Origin: Leptolyngbyaceae cyanobacterium
GTDB lineage: Bacteria; Cyanobacteriota; Cyanobacteriia; Phormidesmidales; Phormidesmidaceae
DNA: 64,000 nucleotides
Reading direction: 5' to 3'
Assembly: GCA_965263355.1 (NCBI GenBank)
Contig: CBDHHL010000032.1
Location: forward strand, 1,088,001 to 1,152,000
Shown here: positions 31,938 through 42,275 of the stretch, piece after piece
Position numbering within the stretch: position 1 is the first letter of the stretch
Layout of the letters: each line of letters begins with the position of its first letter
The notes under the pieces: model-generated
Told to the model about the DNA's origin: nothing
What the model saw: the letters and a program-made list of their open reading frames with translations, nothing else
Database searches by the model: none
Position numbers and translations under genes: made by a program

Positions 31938-32428
31938 GCATTTATCCATGTACATATTCATCTCTATTTAGGCAAATGTTTTTGGTCCTTGATGTTTAAT
32001 TTTGCTAAACAATAGAGGCTGAATATCTTTTTTGGGGCTATATAGTATGTGCCCATCTACTGCATCCCCATCCGATAGTTGTTGACGTATTCATAATCGT
32101 CGCCCTATTTATTATGACTATTAGGTTTCACTATTTTTTTTCTTTAAGCTGAGTGAAGTATTTTTCCAACTTTGGAGCAAGGTTAATTGTTATAAACCAA
32201 GGTGTCTATACTAAACATGGAAACGCTTTCAAGTTGAAGATTTATCGATATAAGAAAACTTGAAATTTTCAGTTTAGTGTAGATGGAACAACAGTATTTT
32301 GAGTGGCCAAAGACTTGTCTCAGGTCATATGTGAGGGTGCAATTTCAATCTATGTTGTTCTATCTATAGTTGGCCTTTACTTGGCCTTTAAATTACTATT
32401 CTCGTTTGTTTTGCAGGGTTACTCGATA

Positions 32429-32584
32429 ATGAAATTTCCCCTCTGGCAATATCTTCAACAACCGGTCTTCAGTTCTCAACACAACACAATCTTCAGCCCA
32501 TTCAGATTTTGGCAAAACTATAATATTCAGCATCTGGAGCGTTGTTGGGAAAAAGAATATCGGCAACCAGGAAAACTTAACTAA
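32429..32584 (+). CDS. small hypothetical protein
   Basis: MKFPLWQYLQQPVFS...FSPFRFW...LERCW; resembles a small family seen in filamentous cyanobacteria. Confidence 0.6.
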   Translation: MKFPLWQYLQQPVFSSQHNTIFSPFRFWQNYNIQHLERCWEKEYRQPGKLN

Positions 32585-33054
32585 GCTCGTAGAGTTAAAG
32601 TGCAGCTGATTGCTTCTGCTTTAGAAAAACTTGGGTTTTGATTATGACCAAAGTTTGGTTAAAGCCACTTGAGATAGTCCATGACAATATGGTTTGATTG
32701 AGAAAATATAAAAGTTTATCAATTGATTTCTAATATCAAGTTGGGCTAGACACCCATAATTACCCAATAAGTAGTATCTCTGTCATCATACCCAGGTTAC
32801 CAATTTAGAAGGTAAGGCCTTTGAGTTAGGTCTTGCTGTTGTTGAGCAACTGTTGATGCCGTTAGAACACCAACTCTTCTAACTGTTCAATCGTGTTAGA
32901 GGCTATCGGCTAGGATTTCACTATCAATGTTCAGAGTCATTCTGCTGGCTGTAATTCAGTTGAGTAAGGGGACATTGGAACCAAATAAAAACGGCATCTA
33001 CTAGTTTCTCAGCAGACGCTGTTGTCGTTAGAATTTTGGAATATGATGACAGCT

Positions 33055-35589
33055 TTAATTGGTCTGACTGATATAGGTTGAAATTGCTATGCGAGCTTCT
33101 TGCCAATCGGCTAATGCCTGCTCAGACCAAAGCCAATGGAATGATAAATCATCGGATATATCTTCGTTATTAACGGCTTGCAGAGCATCTTGCCAATAAC
33201 TAACCGCCGTCTCTAACAATGACAACCTATCATCCTCAGTCAGGCCTTGTTTAGATTGTTGATGGTAGGCCATAACTAAACCAAGTTGAGCATGCAACTT
33301 AGTTGGTGCATTTTGAATAACAGCATTCTGGGGAATTTCATGCAGTGTCAAAATTGGAATATCGTACGCTTTCCCCTTGTCAAGCGCATTTTTCCAAGTG
33401 TCAATGGCCTCATCCCAAAAACCACCTTCGTAGTAAGCAAAGCCCAAAGCAACCTGGGCATCTAGCCAGTTAGGCTGCACGTCTAAGGCATCTTGCCACG
33501 ACCTGGCTGCCTCAGCAGGACCGATATACTCTTCCGCTGGCTGCTGGTTCATTAAATCCCACTGTAGCTGCCCCTTTGCAAACAGGAGGGTAGGATCATC
33601 AATGCCGCCCAGGGTCAAAATTTGCGTGAGGGCTTCATTTTGATTACCAGCCGCAGCCATACTATTAAGCGCTATCACAGCACTTGTAGGGTTCCCACTA
33701 GAAATACCGCTGATTTCAACCAGTTCTGGCGAAATCTCGATGGTAACAGGATTGGAACGAGGGGACTGATTAAATCGACCCAACAGATCCTTAATCCCTA
33801 AACCGGCAAATAATACCAGGGTCAAAGCACCAGCTCCTATAGCTACTTGTTGGGTGAGCCAACCTTTGTTTTTAGTCTTTCTGTCTACTGGCTGAGCATT
33901 AGTATCTTCAGTATTAATATTATTCCTATCAGTGTAGATATCTGTTTCGTCTTCAACCGTCTCTCTATTAGTTGTTTCAGTAGATGGTGGCTCAATGGGC
34001 TTTTTAGGTAGCTGATCGTACAAGTCTAAACCAGGAGTTTCCAAAGTCTCAGGAATTAGAGACTCATCGACATCCGCCAGCATTACCTGATCGGATGCAG
34101 ACGGTTGCGACAATTGCTCCACCAGCTCTGTCATAGACGAAGCATCTTCCTCGTTATAGCTAAGGAGTTCGTCTAAGTCTAACGTTTCAACAACGTTGTC
34201 TAGATCTACATTTTCTAAATTTATGTCTGTATCTGCCTCTGCCTCTGCCTTTAGCCCCGATGGCACCTGCTCCTCTTCAGTAACCTTGGTTGATGATTCG
34301 CCTAAGGATGCCAGAGCAGATTCAGACTCGACCAATAGCTTGTCAAGGGCACTGTTGTAGGTTCCAGGTTTACTAGCCAAATAACCGTCGAAACCAGGCT
34401 GCATATATAAAATAGGTAACGCCCAGTAACTATGGTGAGAACCATGGGCCGAGATTAGCCCCTGACGGGTACGATTGAGACACAGATCAATGGGATTACC
34501 CTGCTTTAAGTTGCGATATAGAAGCTGGGTAAAGGTAATAGCCACATCATCGGGAATCCGTTCAGCCATGGCAATTACCCCTGGTATACCACGGTTAACC
34601 AAGGCGTGGGCTAAATTTTGCTCATGCCAACCCGCTTCGGAAACTGTATTTTGGGCATACGCGCCCCGACAAGAATTTAAGACAGCTAGCTTCACACCGT
34701 TGTTCGACAGGAGCCCAGCTAAGTCCTCGCCACTAATGCGTTCGGTCAAGCCTGTCTGACGGCTAACTAGGTATAGATCGCCACCCGCATTACCCAAGTT
34801 ACTATGGCCCGCGTAGTGCAAAACCTGATAATTACCCTGCTCCAGCGCCTGGGTTAATTCAGCTCGACCTGGCTGCTCTAAAACCGTTAGCTGAACATCA
34901 AGCTGCTGCTTGGGAAGGATGTCATAATTATCTCCAGACCGCATCGCCGATAGGGGATGTAGCTCATTTTTGAGATGCTTGGCCTCACGGGCAAGCTCCA
35001 GGCGATCTTGATCGTTAGGTGCTGCAATCACCATTAAAACTCGTAGGGGCTGATCAAAGTCAGGTACTGTCGCCACGGGACGATCGTATCCCTGACGCAG
35101 GTCCAGATGGTAGCGAGAGAAGGTGACATCGGTGCCAGTTCCCAGGGGACGATCACCTGCATGCAAAACTTCCCAAGGAAGCTTCTGCAGTTTTCCTCCC
35201 TTAAGCCCCAAACGCAGACGCAACGGAGAGCGACGATTTTGGGCTACCCCCTGAGCCGTCAACCAGCTGTCGCGTAAGGCCCTATCAAATAAACTATTGT
35301 AAAAAGTCTGACCAAGGTTTACTAAGGTGGGAAGCGGAGCGTCTGAAGGGTCACCGTTGCTACCACCCGAGCGAAAATTTGACCTTGATGCCCAACGCTG
35401 ACTCGGTTCCCCCTTAAGCAGTCCAAGCAAAGGATCATGCATGAGCATGGAGGCCTCCCTCAGCCAGTCATCTATAGGCCAGTGAAATTGTTCTTGCGCC
35501 AAGGGGACACCGGGCGCAACTTGTTCCGTGCGCACCAGGTATCGGTCATTGCCGACTGCTGTGATTGATATGTCAAATTCTTGGAGCAC
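33055..35589 (-). CDS. hetF: HetF, CHAT/caspase-like cysteine protease with TM and TPR-like C-terminus
   Basis: N-terminus QEFDISITAVGNDRYLVRTEQVAPGVPLA; catalytic LHYAGHS and VLNSC; AMAERIPD, YWALPILY. Confidence 0.9.
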   Translation of the reverse strand: MLQEFDISITAVGNDRYLVRTEQVAPGVPLAQEQFHWPIDDWLREASMLMHDPLLGLLKGEPSQRWASRSNFRSGGSNGDPSDAPLPTLVNLGQTFYNSLFDRALRDSWLTAQGVAQNRRSPLRLRLGLKGGKLQKLPWEVLHAGDRPLGTGTDVTFSRYHLDLRQGYDRPVATVPDFDQPLRVLMVIAAPNDQDRLELAREAKHLKNELHPLSAMRSGDNYDILPKQQLDVQLTVLEQPGRAELTQALEQGNYQVLHYAGHSNLGNAGGDLYLVSRQTGLTERISGEDLAGLLSNNGVKLAVLNSCRGAYAQNTVSEAGWHEQNLAHALVNRGIPGVIAMAERIPDDVAITFTQLLYRNLKQGNPIDLCLNRTRQGLISAHGSHHSYWALPILYMQPGFDGYLASKPGTYNSALDKLLVESESALASLGESSTKVTEEEQVPSGLKAEAEADTDINLENVDLDNVVETLDLDELLSYNEEDASSMTELVEQLSQPSASDQVMLADVDESLIPETLETPGLDLYDQLPKKPIEPPSTETTNRETVEDETDIYTDRNNINTEDTNAQPVDRKTKNKGWLTQQVAIGAGALTLVLFAGLGIKDLLGRFNQSPRSNPVTIEISPELVEISGISSGNPTSAVIALNSMAAAGNQNEALTQILTLGGIDDPTLLFAKGQLQWDLMNQQPAEEYIGPAEAARSWQDALDVQPNWLDAQVALGFAYYEGGFWDEAIDTWKNALDKGKAYDIPILTLHEIPQNAVIQNAPTKLHAQLGLVMAYHQQSKQGLTEDDRLSLLETAVSYWQDALQAVNNEDISDDLSFHWLWSEQALADWQEARIAISTYISQTN

Positions 35590-35849
35590 TATTAGCAGAT
35601 CGCTTCCCTGTTATCTTCTTTTTCACCATTTGACATCCCTGAGCCTACTCGGCTTTTCTAGTATCCCCAATAAACCAGCATAATGTGTCGAAGTAGATAC
35701 GATTATCAAGCAGATGCAGTTATTAGATTGTCTACATAGTACGTTTGCAAATAGCTAATTGAGGCAATCTAAGCTAGCTGCAAACTTTAGTCACCATATA
35801 TATGAAGTTCTAGACATGCTATTAAATTATTCAGTACTCTATAGGGTAG

Positions 35850-37691
35850 CTATTCCGATGTAGTATTGACAACCATAGCAGCTCCACCACCTCGTCTGAT
35901 TGGCTCAGCCGATGCTCGGATTGCCCCATTAGGCCATAATTCTAGCCCCGTAGCTGCCCCAATTTCCTCTACTACCCGTAACTGATGTCCTAACTGGCTA
36001 AGCATGTCCAAGTCATCAGCCCCACCTCGCTCAACAGTTGTAGTACGTCTATTACGTTGGGAAAACCGAGAACTACTAATTGCCTCAGGCAGGGAAAAAT
36101 CAAAATCAATTACATTAGTAACGATGCCAACGACGGTGGTGATGATGGTCGAACCGCCAGGACTACCAACGGCAAAGATACGGCCATCAGGAGCAAATAC
36201 GATAGTCGGTGACATGCTGCTGCGGGGCCGTTTGCCCGATTCTGGTGCATTGGGATGGGGTATAGCGGTGTCAAAATCCGTGAGTTCATTATTGAGGATA
36301 AAGCCGTATCCAGGGACAACAATGCCCGAACCACCAGTTGACTCAATGGTTAGGGTATAGGAAACGATGTTGCCAAAGCGATCGGCAGTGACTAAATGGG
36401 TGGTGGACAAACCATCTGGGCCATTGGCTGCAGATGTACTTGGTGATTGGGTCAGACTAGGGCTTGGATCGGTTTGATACAGGAGTGGATTACCAGGAGT
36501 TGTACAAGGTTCAGACGCCCTGGTTGGAAGCTGGTGACTGGCAATGTAGCTGGGGTTGAGCAATCCTGTTAAGGGCACATCCACGTATTCAGGGTCGCCT
36601 AGGTAGGCATTGCGATCGCAAAACGCTAATCTCTCTGCCTCAATCACCCGATGCAGTGCTTCACTGCGATCCAAACTACCCAGGTCACTAGACTCTAGTA
36701 AAGCCAGCGTTTGCGCCACCGTAATCCCACCGCTGCTGGGCAACCCCATGCCGTAAAAGCGGTAGCCGCGATAGTCACTGACTACCGGCGGGCGTACCCG
36801 CACCTCATAACGGTCCAAATCCCCCAGAGTCATTGCCCCAGGATGTACCGTAAATGGGGGGTCATCTACGATAGGTGGAGACTGTACCGTATCGACAATC
36901 GCCTGGGCAATATCACCCCGATAAAAACTATTAACGCCCTTGCTGGCAAGCAAACGATAGGTTTTGGCCATATCCAGGTTCTTAAACCTTGATCCTACGG
37001 CTGGCGGCACACCACCATCTAAATACAGTTGTTGTGTTGAGGTAAATGCAGCAAATCGTGCCTGGTTGCGGGTCACCTGCTGAGCAAATGTGTCATCTAC
37101 GATAAACCCGGCTTCAGCCAACTCAATTGCCGGGGCCAATGCATCTGCTAGGGATAGGGTGCCGTAACGAGACAGTGCCGTTTGCCAGTTCAATGGCGTT
37201 CCAGGCACACCAACTGACAAGCCGCTGCTAATGCGATTAGGAAAAAACGGTAAATTTTCTCCTGCCGGGTTTTCTGGATCACGAAATAGATCAGGGGTTA
37301 CGGCTTCAGGAGCCTTCTCACGGCCATCCAGGGTAATAACGCGGTCCTGGTTGTGCAGATAAATCACCATAAACCCACCACCGCCAATACCTGCAGAAAA
37401 GGGTTCTGTTACTCCCAGGGCAGCAGCCGTAGCAACAGCGGCATCCACCGCATTACCCCCCTGGCGTAACACTTCTATCCCAATGCGGCTGGCATCTTCA
37501 TCCACCGAAGCCACCGCACCACCGGAGCCAATGGCAACAGGGACCTTACCTTCGGATAGCTGGGCCAAACTGGAAAAGGCAAAAACCAGCACCAGGCAAA
37601 CGGTACAACACCATAACCACAAAATATTCGTAGGGGCGTTGCATGCAACGCCCCTACGAATATTTATACGATTAGATATGGTTTCCCACAT
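35850..37691 (-). CDS. ggt: gamma-glutamyltransferase (start uncertain: ATG 37691 or TTG 37622)
   Basis: GGNAVDAAVA, AGIGGGGF, DGREKAP, STTHL autocleavage site, LNNELTDF, KRPRSSMSPT, GSPGGSTI. Confidence 0.93.
   Translation of the reverse strand: MWETISNRINIRRGVACNAPTNILWLWCCTVCLVLVFAFSSLAQLSEGKVPVAIGSGGAVASVDEDASRIGIEVLRQGGNAVDAAVATAAALGVTEPFSAGIGGGGFMVIYLHNQDRVITLDGREKAPEAVTPDLFRDPENPAGENLPFFPNRISSGLSVGVPGTPLNWQTALSRYGTLSLADALAPAIELAEAGFIVDDTFAQQVTRNQARFAAFTSTQQLYLDGGVPPAVGSRFKNLDMAKTYRLLASKGVNSFYRGDIAQAIVDTVQSPPIVDDPPFTVHPGAMTLGDLDRYEVRVRPPVVSDYRGYRFYGMGLPSSGGITVAQTLALLESSDLGSLDRSEALHRVIEAERLAFCDRNAYLGDPEYVDVPLTGLLNPSYIASHQLPTRASEPCTTPGNPLLYQTDPSPSLTQSPSTSAANGPDGLSTTHLVTADRFGNIVSYTLTIESTGGSGIVVPGYGFILNNELTDFDTAIPHPNAPESGKRPRSSMSPTIVFAPDGRIFAVGSPGGSTIITTVVGIVTNVIDFDFSLPEAISSSRFSQRNRRTTTVERGGADDLDMLSQLGHQLRVVEEIGAATGLELWPNGAIRASAEPIRRGGGAAMVVNTTSE
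37622..37665. repeat. GTAG-type REP-like perfect palindrome (44 bp)
   Basis: AAATATTCGTAGGGGCGTTGCATGCAACGCCCCTACGAATATTT. Confidence 0.9.
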
Positions 37692-37696
37692 TCAAC

Positions 37697-39781
37697 CTAG
37701 GTCAAACCTGACAACAGCACCAATCCCAACACGGCCCCAAACACGATCAGGGCATAGAATTGGGCACGACCGGTTTCCAGATATTTCAACCCTTCACCCG
37801 TAATCAGGGTCAAGAAGCCAGTCAGGTTAACGACACCGTCCACCAATTTGATATCCATGGTGAGGGCAGCTTTGGCTAACTTACGGCTGCCTTGGACGAA
37901 GACAACTTCGTAGATGTCATCGACATACCACTTATTTAGGGAGAAGTTATAGAGGGGCTTGATTTTGTTTGCGATCGCATCCGCATCAATAGTCTTTGTC
38001 ACATACATCAGTACTGCCAGGGTAATCCCAACAATCGAGATCGCCACAGAACTACCTGCCATGACATAAAACTCATGCAGATCAACCTCTTCAGCCAGCT
38101 CAGCTACAGTAACCACTTCACCAGGAGCCGAAATAAATGCCTCAAAATAGTTACCAAAGGGTGTCCCCAATAAACCAATCAGGATAGAAGGTACCGCCAG
38201 CGCTAGCAGTGGCAACGTCATAGTGATGGGCGACTCATGGGGTTCAGACGCATGGTGATGATCGTCATGGTGATGGTCGTCGTCTGCTGCAGCCATAGGC
38301 ATTTCATGGGTACTCATGGCACCGGGGCCCACAGACGCTCCCATCCGCTGAAGCTGTTCAATCCGAAGCATTTCCTTAATATCACCGTCAGTACCGCGAA
38401 ACGCTCCTTCAAATGTAGAGAAGTACATACGGAACATATAAAATGCGGTAACACCAGCCGTTATCCAACCAATACCCCAAAGAAAAGGGCTGACCTGGAA
38501 TGTGGACCCCAGAATTTCATCCTTGGACCAGAAACCAGCAAAGGGAGGAATACCAGAAATCGCCAGGGTCCCAATCAAGAAAGTAATCGCCGTGACTGGC
38601 ATATACTTTCGTAAACCGCCCATCAAACGCATATCCTGAGCATAGGTAGGATTATGACCCACGACATCTTCCATGCCATGAATGACGGAACCAGACCCCA
38701 AGAACAGCATGGCCTTAAAGTAGGCATGGGTCATCAGGTGGAATAGACCGGCACTATAAGCCCCCACACCCATAGCCATTACCATGTACCCCAGCTGGGA
38801 CATAGTGGAATAGGCCAACCCCTTTTTAATGTCGTTCTGGGTAATGGCAATTGAAGCCCCCATCATGGCAGTGAAAGCACCGACATACGCAATGGTTGTC
38901 ATTGCGATGGGGATTTCCTCAAACACTGGATACATACGACCAATTAGAAATACCCCAGCCGCAACCATTGTTGCTGCGTGGATCAGGGCAGAAATAGGTG
39001 TCGGACCTTCCATGGCATCCGGCAACCAAACATGCAAAGGAAACTGAGCTGACTTAGCCATCGGTCCCATAAAGATCAGCACTGCAAACAATGCTGCAAT
39101 GCCCCCGGACAGACTGCCAACCTCAACCATATGGGTCAAACGCTCACCCATGATGTCAAAATCAAAGCTGCCAGTGGCCCAAAAGATGCCCAGCATCCCC
39201 AGCAACAGGCCAAAGTCACCAACACGGTTGGTGACAAATGCCTTCTGACAGGCATCTGCAGCCGGTTTACGGTTGTACCAAAAACCGATGAGTAGGTAAG
39301 AACACATACCCACCAGCTCCCAAAACACATACACCTGTAGCAAATTAGGACTGAGCACCAGCCCCAACATTGAGAAGCTAAATAAGCTCAGATATGCATA
39401 AAACCTGACATAGCCTGGATCGTGAGCCATGTAACCATCGGTGTATACCATCACCAAAAAGGCCACTGTGGTCACAATCACTAGCATCAGCGAAGCTAGA
39501 TGGTCGATGGTGTAACCCATCTGCAGCTTAAAGCTACCTGCCGAAGCCCACTCAAACATAAATGAGTAGGGTTCATGACCATTCCACTGGCTCCAGAAGA
39601 TGCCAAAGGACATCACCATCGCCATCCCAAGCAGGCTGACGATAAAGACTGAACTAGGCGTACGCAGCTTGCTTGTAGCGTTGCTGTAGCTGATCAGGCC
39701 CACACCGACAACCGCCGCACCGAGGAGTGGCAGTACTGGGATGAGCCATGCGTAAGAATAGAGAGATTCCAAGGATTCCAT
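37697..39781 (-). CDS. ndhF: NAD(P)H-quinone oxidoreductase subunit 5 (NdhF1)
   Basis: YAWLIPVLPL, YMAHDPGYVRFYAYLSLF, KSAQFPLHVWLPDAMEGPTPISALIHAATMV, ETGRAQFY. Confidence 0.96.
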   Translation of the reverse strand: MESLESLYSYAWLIPVLPLLGAAVVGVGLISYSNATSKLRTPSSVFIVSLLGMAMVMSFGIFWSQWNGHEPYSFMFEWASAGSFKLQMGYTIDHLASLMLVIVTTVAFLVMVYTDGYMAHDPGYVRFYAYLSLFSFSMLGLVLSPNLLQVYVFWELVGMCSYLLIGFWYNRKPAADACQKAFVTNRVGDFGLLLGMLGIFWATGSFDFDIMGERLTHMVEVGSLSGGIAALFAVLIFMGPMAKSAQFPLHVWLPDAMEGPTPISALIHAATMVAAGVFLIGRMYPVFEEIPIAMTTIAYVGAFTAMMGASIAITQNDIKKGLAYSTMSQLGYMVMAMGVGAYSAGLFHLMTHAYFKAMLFLGSGSVIHGMEDVVGHNPTYAQDMRLMGGLRKYMPVTAITFLIGTLAISGIPPFAGFWSKDEILGSTFQVSPFLWGIGWITAGVTAFYMFRMYFSTFEGAFRGTDGDIKEMLRIEQLQRMGASVGPGAMSTHEMPMAAADDDHHHDDHHHASEPHESPITMTLPLLALAVPSILIGLLGTPFGNYFEAFISAPGEVVTVAELAEEVDLHEFYVMAGSSVAISIVGITLAVLMYVTKTIDADAIANKIKPLYNFSLNKWYVDDIYEVVFVQGSRKLAKAALTMDIKLVDGVVNLTGFLTLITGEGLKYLETGRAQFYALIVFGAVLGLVLLSGLT

Positions 39782-40078
39782 AAGTTTTTTTGGTGCCTGC
39801 CCCACACGCTAGAGTTGGCAAAACCGCCTACATTCTTACACATGAGAGCTGGACTATTGTCCAACTTCTGACAGACCTTCCTTTCAGAACGTTGATTTTT
39901 CCTTGAGCAATTACTTACTTAAATTGGTACAACGCAAGTAAACTCAAGGGCTTCTGTTTTAGACAATTGAAACCAGGCAGCGATCCTGATAAAAAGGTTA
40001 TTTTTTACGACATGGCCTGACTGTTTAGGTTTCTTGATGTTGGATCAATAAGTTAACAATAAGCATTGATAAAGCCCA

Positions 40079-42112
40079 ATGAATAATCGGCAACGCGGAG
40101 GGTGGGTACAGTCCACCGGGCAATGGGCAATGGGCAATGGGCAATGGAATGGGTGGGCATGGCCCATCGAGCAAAAGACAGTTAATTTTGTAGAGTGGAT
40201 ATGGTCCACCAATCCCTGGGCCATAAGATTGACGGGCATTGTATTGATTATTGCCCTATTGCTTGGGTATATCCTGCCATTACCTGCAACAGCCCAAAAC
40301 CAAGCCGAAAAAGCCAACGTTGTCATTGATGGTCGGGTGCTTTTCCGGCTTGGCAGCATTGAAAATATTAGTGCCGAGGAACGGGCGACGTTCGCCAGCC
40401 AGGCTCTATGGCAGGTACTGGAAAATGCTCAAGCTCAATCACCCCCCTCACCAATTCGCGTACGCACCAAACAGCAAGATGGTCTGGTGACGCTGAGGGC
40501 CAACAGTCGTCACTTACTAACGGTAACCAGTGGTGATTTGATGGCGGGGGTCCCTCCCCAGGAGCGGGCTGACCTGTGGGCAGACAATCTGCAAAGGGCA
40601 TTAGAACAAGCTCAGAAAGAACGCCAACCGGGCTATCAACGAAAAATGGCCTGGGTAAGCTTAGGGGTGGTGGCGATCGCACTCCTTCTCTGGAGCCTGC
40701 TTTACAATGTGCGCCGCTGGCTTTGGCGACGGCAAACCCGTAAGGGCCAGCTGCCCATGTGGATTTTGCCCTCGTTGTTTTGCGCCCAAGTGTTGATATG
40801 GCTAGGGGCGGCTATCTATATATGTGAGCTATTTCCCATTGCCCGCACCATACGTTACCGGGTGTTTCAATATTTCACCAGCCCTCTAGTTGATATTGAT
40901 GGTCAGGGCTATTCTCTGGTGGATGGGTTTCGAGTGGCGCTGCTTACCCTGGCCCTATGGATTGGGGTGCGGCTGGTGACGTCTGCGGTAAAGTCGAAGT
41001 TTTTGCAGGCAGCGATACCAGATCGAGGGGTACAGGATGCGATCGCTACACTGATACAGCTTCTGCTCACAGGTATTGGCTTGTTCCTAATTTTACAGGT
41101 GTTGGGCATTGACCTCAGTGCTCTGGCAATTCTGGCCAGTGTGCTGGGTGTGGGGTTGGGGTTTGGTCTGCAGAATATTGCTAATAATGTAGTCAGCGGT
41201 TGGATGATGCTGTTTGAGCGGTCGATTCAGGTGGGGGATTTTATTAACTTGGGAGACCTGGCGGGGACGGTGGAAAGTATTGGTGTACGTAGTACCGAGA
41301 TACGGACATTGGATCGGGTGTCGATTATTGTGCCAAATGCCCAGCTCTTGGAGAACAAGGTAATCAATTGGAGCCATGGGCATCCGGTATCTCAATTGCA
41401 TTTGCCCATGGGGGTGGCCTATAGCTCAGATATTCGTCAGGTGCATACAGCGGTGATGGAGGTAGCCAGTGCGCACCCAAGCGTATTGCAATATCCACAA
41501 CCCCGGCTGCGATTTCTCGGCTTTGGCGATAGCTCCCTCGATTTTGATGTGTTGGTGTGGATTCGTGACCCGAGGTTGCAATTTGATATTAAAAGCGACC
41601 TGTACTACATGCTGGAAGCAAATTTTCGTCGCTACGACATCGAGATTCCGTTTCCGCAGCGAGATTTGAATATTCGATCACCTCAGTGGGATACGTCTAC
41701 TTGGGCACAACAGGTATCGACAGTTGGCTCACCAGCTGTCTTGGAGAAATTAGAACAACAATCTCAAGGGTTGACAAGTCATGATTTGTTAGCCGATGTG
41801 AGAGATTATTCGAGTTTGTTACAAAATCATCAGCGTTTACAGGATGCATTGTTAGAACAATTGGTGAAACAAATGCGATCGCAAGATGGCTTAGACATCC
41901 AAAACCGACGGTTTCGGTTGACGGTATATCCCAATTGTTTTGTTGGCAGTGATGCGGTTACCTGGTTGGCAAAAACGCAGAATGCCACCCGAGAAGCCGC
42001 CGTCAGAATCGGTCAGGCGTTGGTGGAACAGGGAATTTTTCATCACGTCACCGACGAACATCCATTTAAAGATGAATATTTGTTTTACCGGTTTTACGAA
42101 GACGAGCCATAG
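40079..42112 (+). CDS. MscS-family mechanosensitive channel with C-terminal DEP domain (start uncertain)
   Basis: LGVGLGFGLQNIANN, GTVESIGVRST, VGVAY-like MGVAYSSD, FGDSSLDF, IEIPFPQRDL; C-terminal YPNCFVGSDAVTWL...GQALVEQGIFHHVTDEHPFKDEYLFYRF. Confidence 0.9.
   Translation: MNNRQRGGWVQSTGQWAMGNGQWNGWAWPIEQKTVNFVEWIWSTNPWAIRLTGIVLIIALLLGYILPLPATAQNQAEKANVVIDGRVLFRLGSIENISAEERATFASQALWQVLENAQAQSPPSPIRVRTKQQDGLVTLRANSRHLLTVTSGDLMAGVPPQERADLWADNLQRALEQAQKERQPGYQRKMAWVSLGVVAIALLLWSLLYNVRRWLWRRQTRKGQLPMWILPSLFCAQVLIWLGAAIYICELFPIARTIRYRVFQYFTSPLVDIDGQGYSLVDGFRVALLTLALWIGVRLVTSAVKSKFLQAAIPDRGVQDAIATLIQLLLTGIGLFLILQVLGIDLSALAILASVLGVGLGFGLQNIANNVVSGWMMLFERSIQVGDFINLGDLAGTVESIGVRSTEIRTLDRVSIIVPNAQLLENKVINWSHGHPVSQLHLPMGVAYSSDIRQVHTAVMEVASAHPSVLQYPQPRLRFLGFGDSSLDFDVLVWIRDPRLQFDIKSDLYYMLEANFRRYDIEIPFPQRDLNIRSPQWDTSTWAQQVSTVGSPAVLEKLEQQSQGLTSHDLLADVRDYSSLLQNHQRLQDALLEQLVKQMRSQDGLDIQNRRFRLTVYPNCFVGSDAVTWLAKTQNATREAAVRIGQALVEQGIFHHVTDEHPFKDEYLFYRFYEDEP
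40118..40145 (+). repeat. heptamer tandem repeat (GGGCAAT)x4
   Basis: Four exact copies followed by GGAATGGGTGGG. Confidence 0.9.
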
Positions 42113-42275
42113 CCAAAAACTGGTTTGTACCGGGATGATGTTTACGATGATCTGTGGACTCGCACTTCTCTTGGGGAGGATATTTAAACGCACATCTCTT
42201 AGCTAATAATGTCTCTGACAAATATTTGGCCAAGCAGCTAGTGCCCCAATTCCAAAGTTTCGGTTATCTTGGGTC

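Noticed and set aside
31938..33054. Integrative element at the tmRNA 3' end
   Set aside because: AT-rich, but there is no integrase and I found no duplicated tmRNA 3' end in the window.
35590..35849. NsiR1 sRNA array upstream of hetF
   Set aside because: No tandem repeats or terminator-ended units visible.
38250..38290. His/Asp-rich stretch in NdhF1 as a novel metal site
   Set aside because: Such stretches are common in this loop of cyanobacterial NdhF1.
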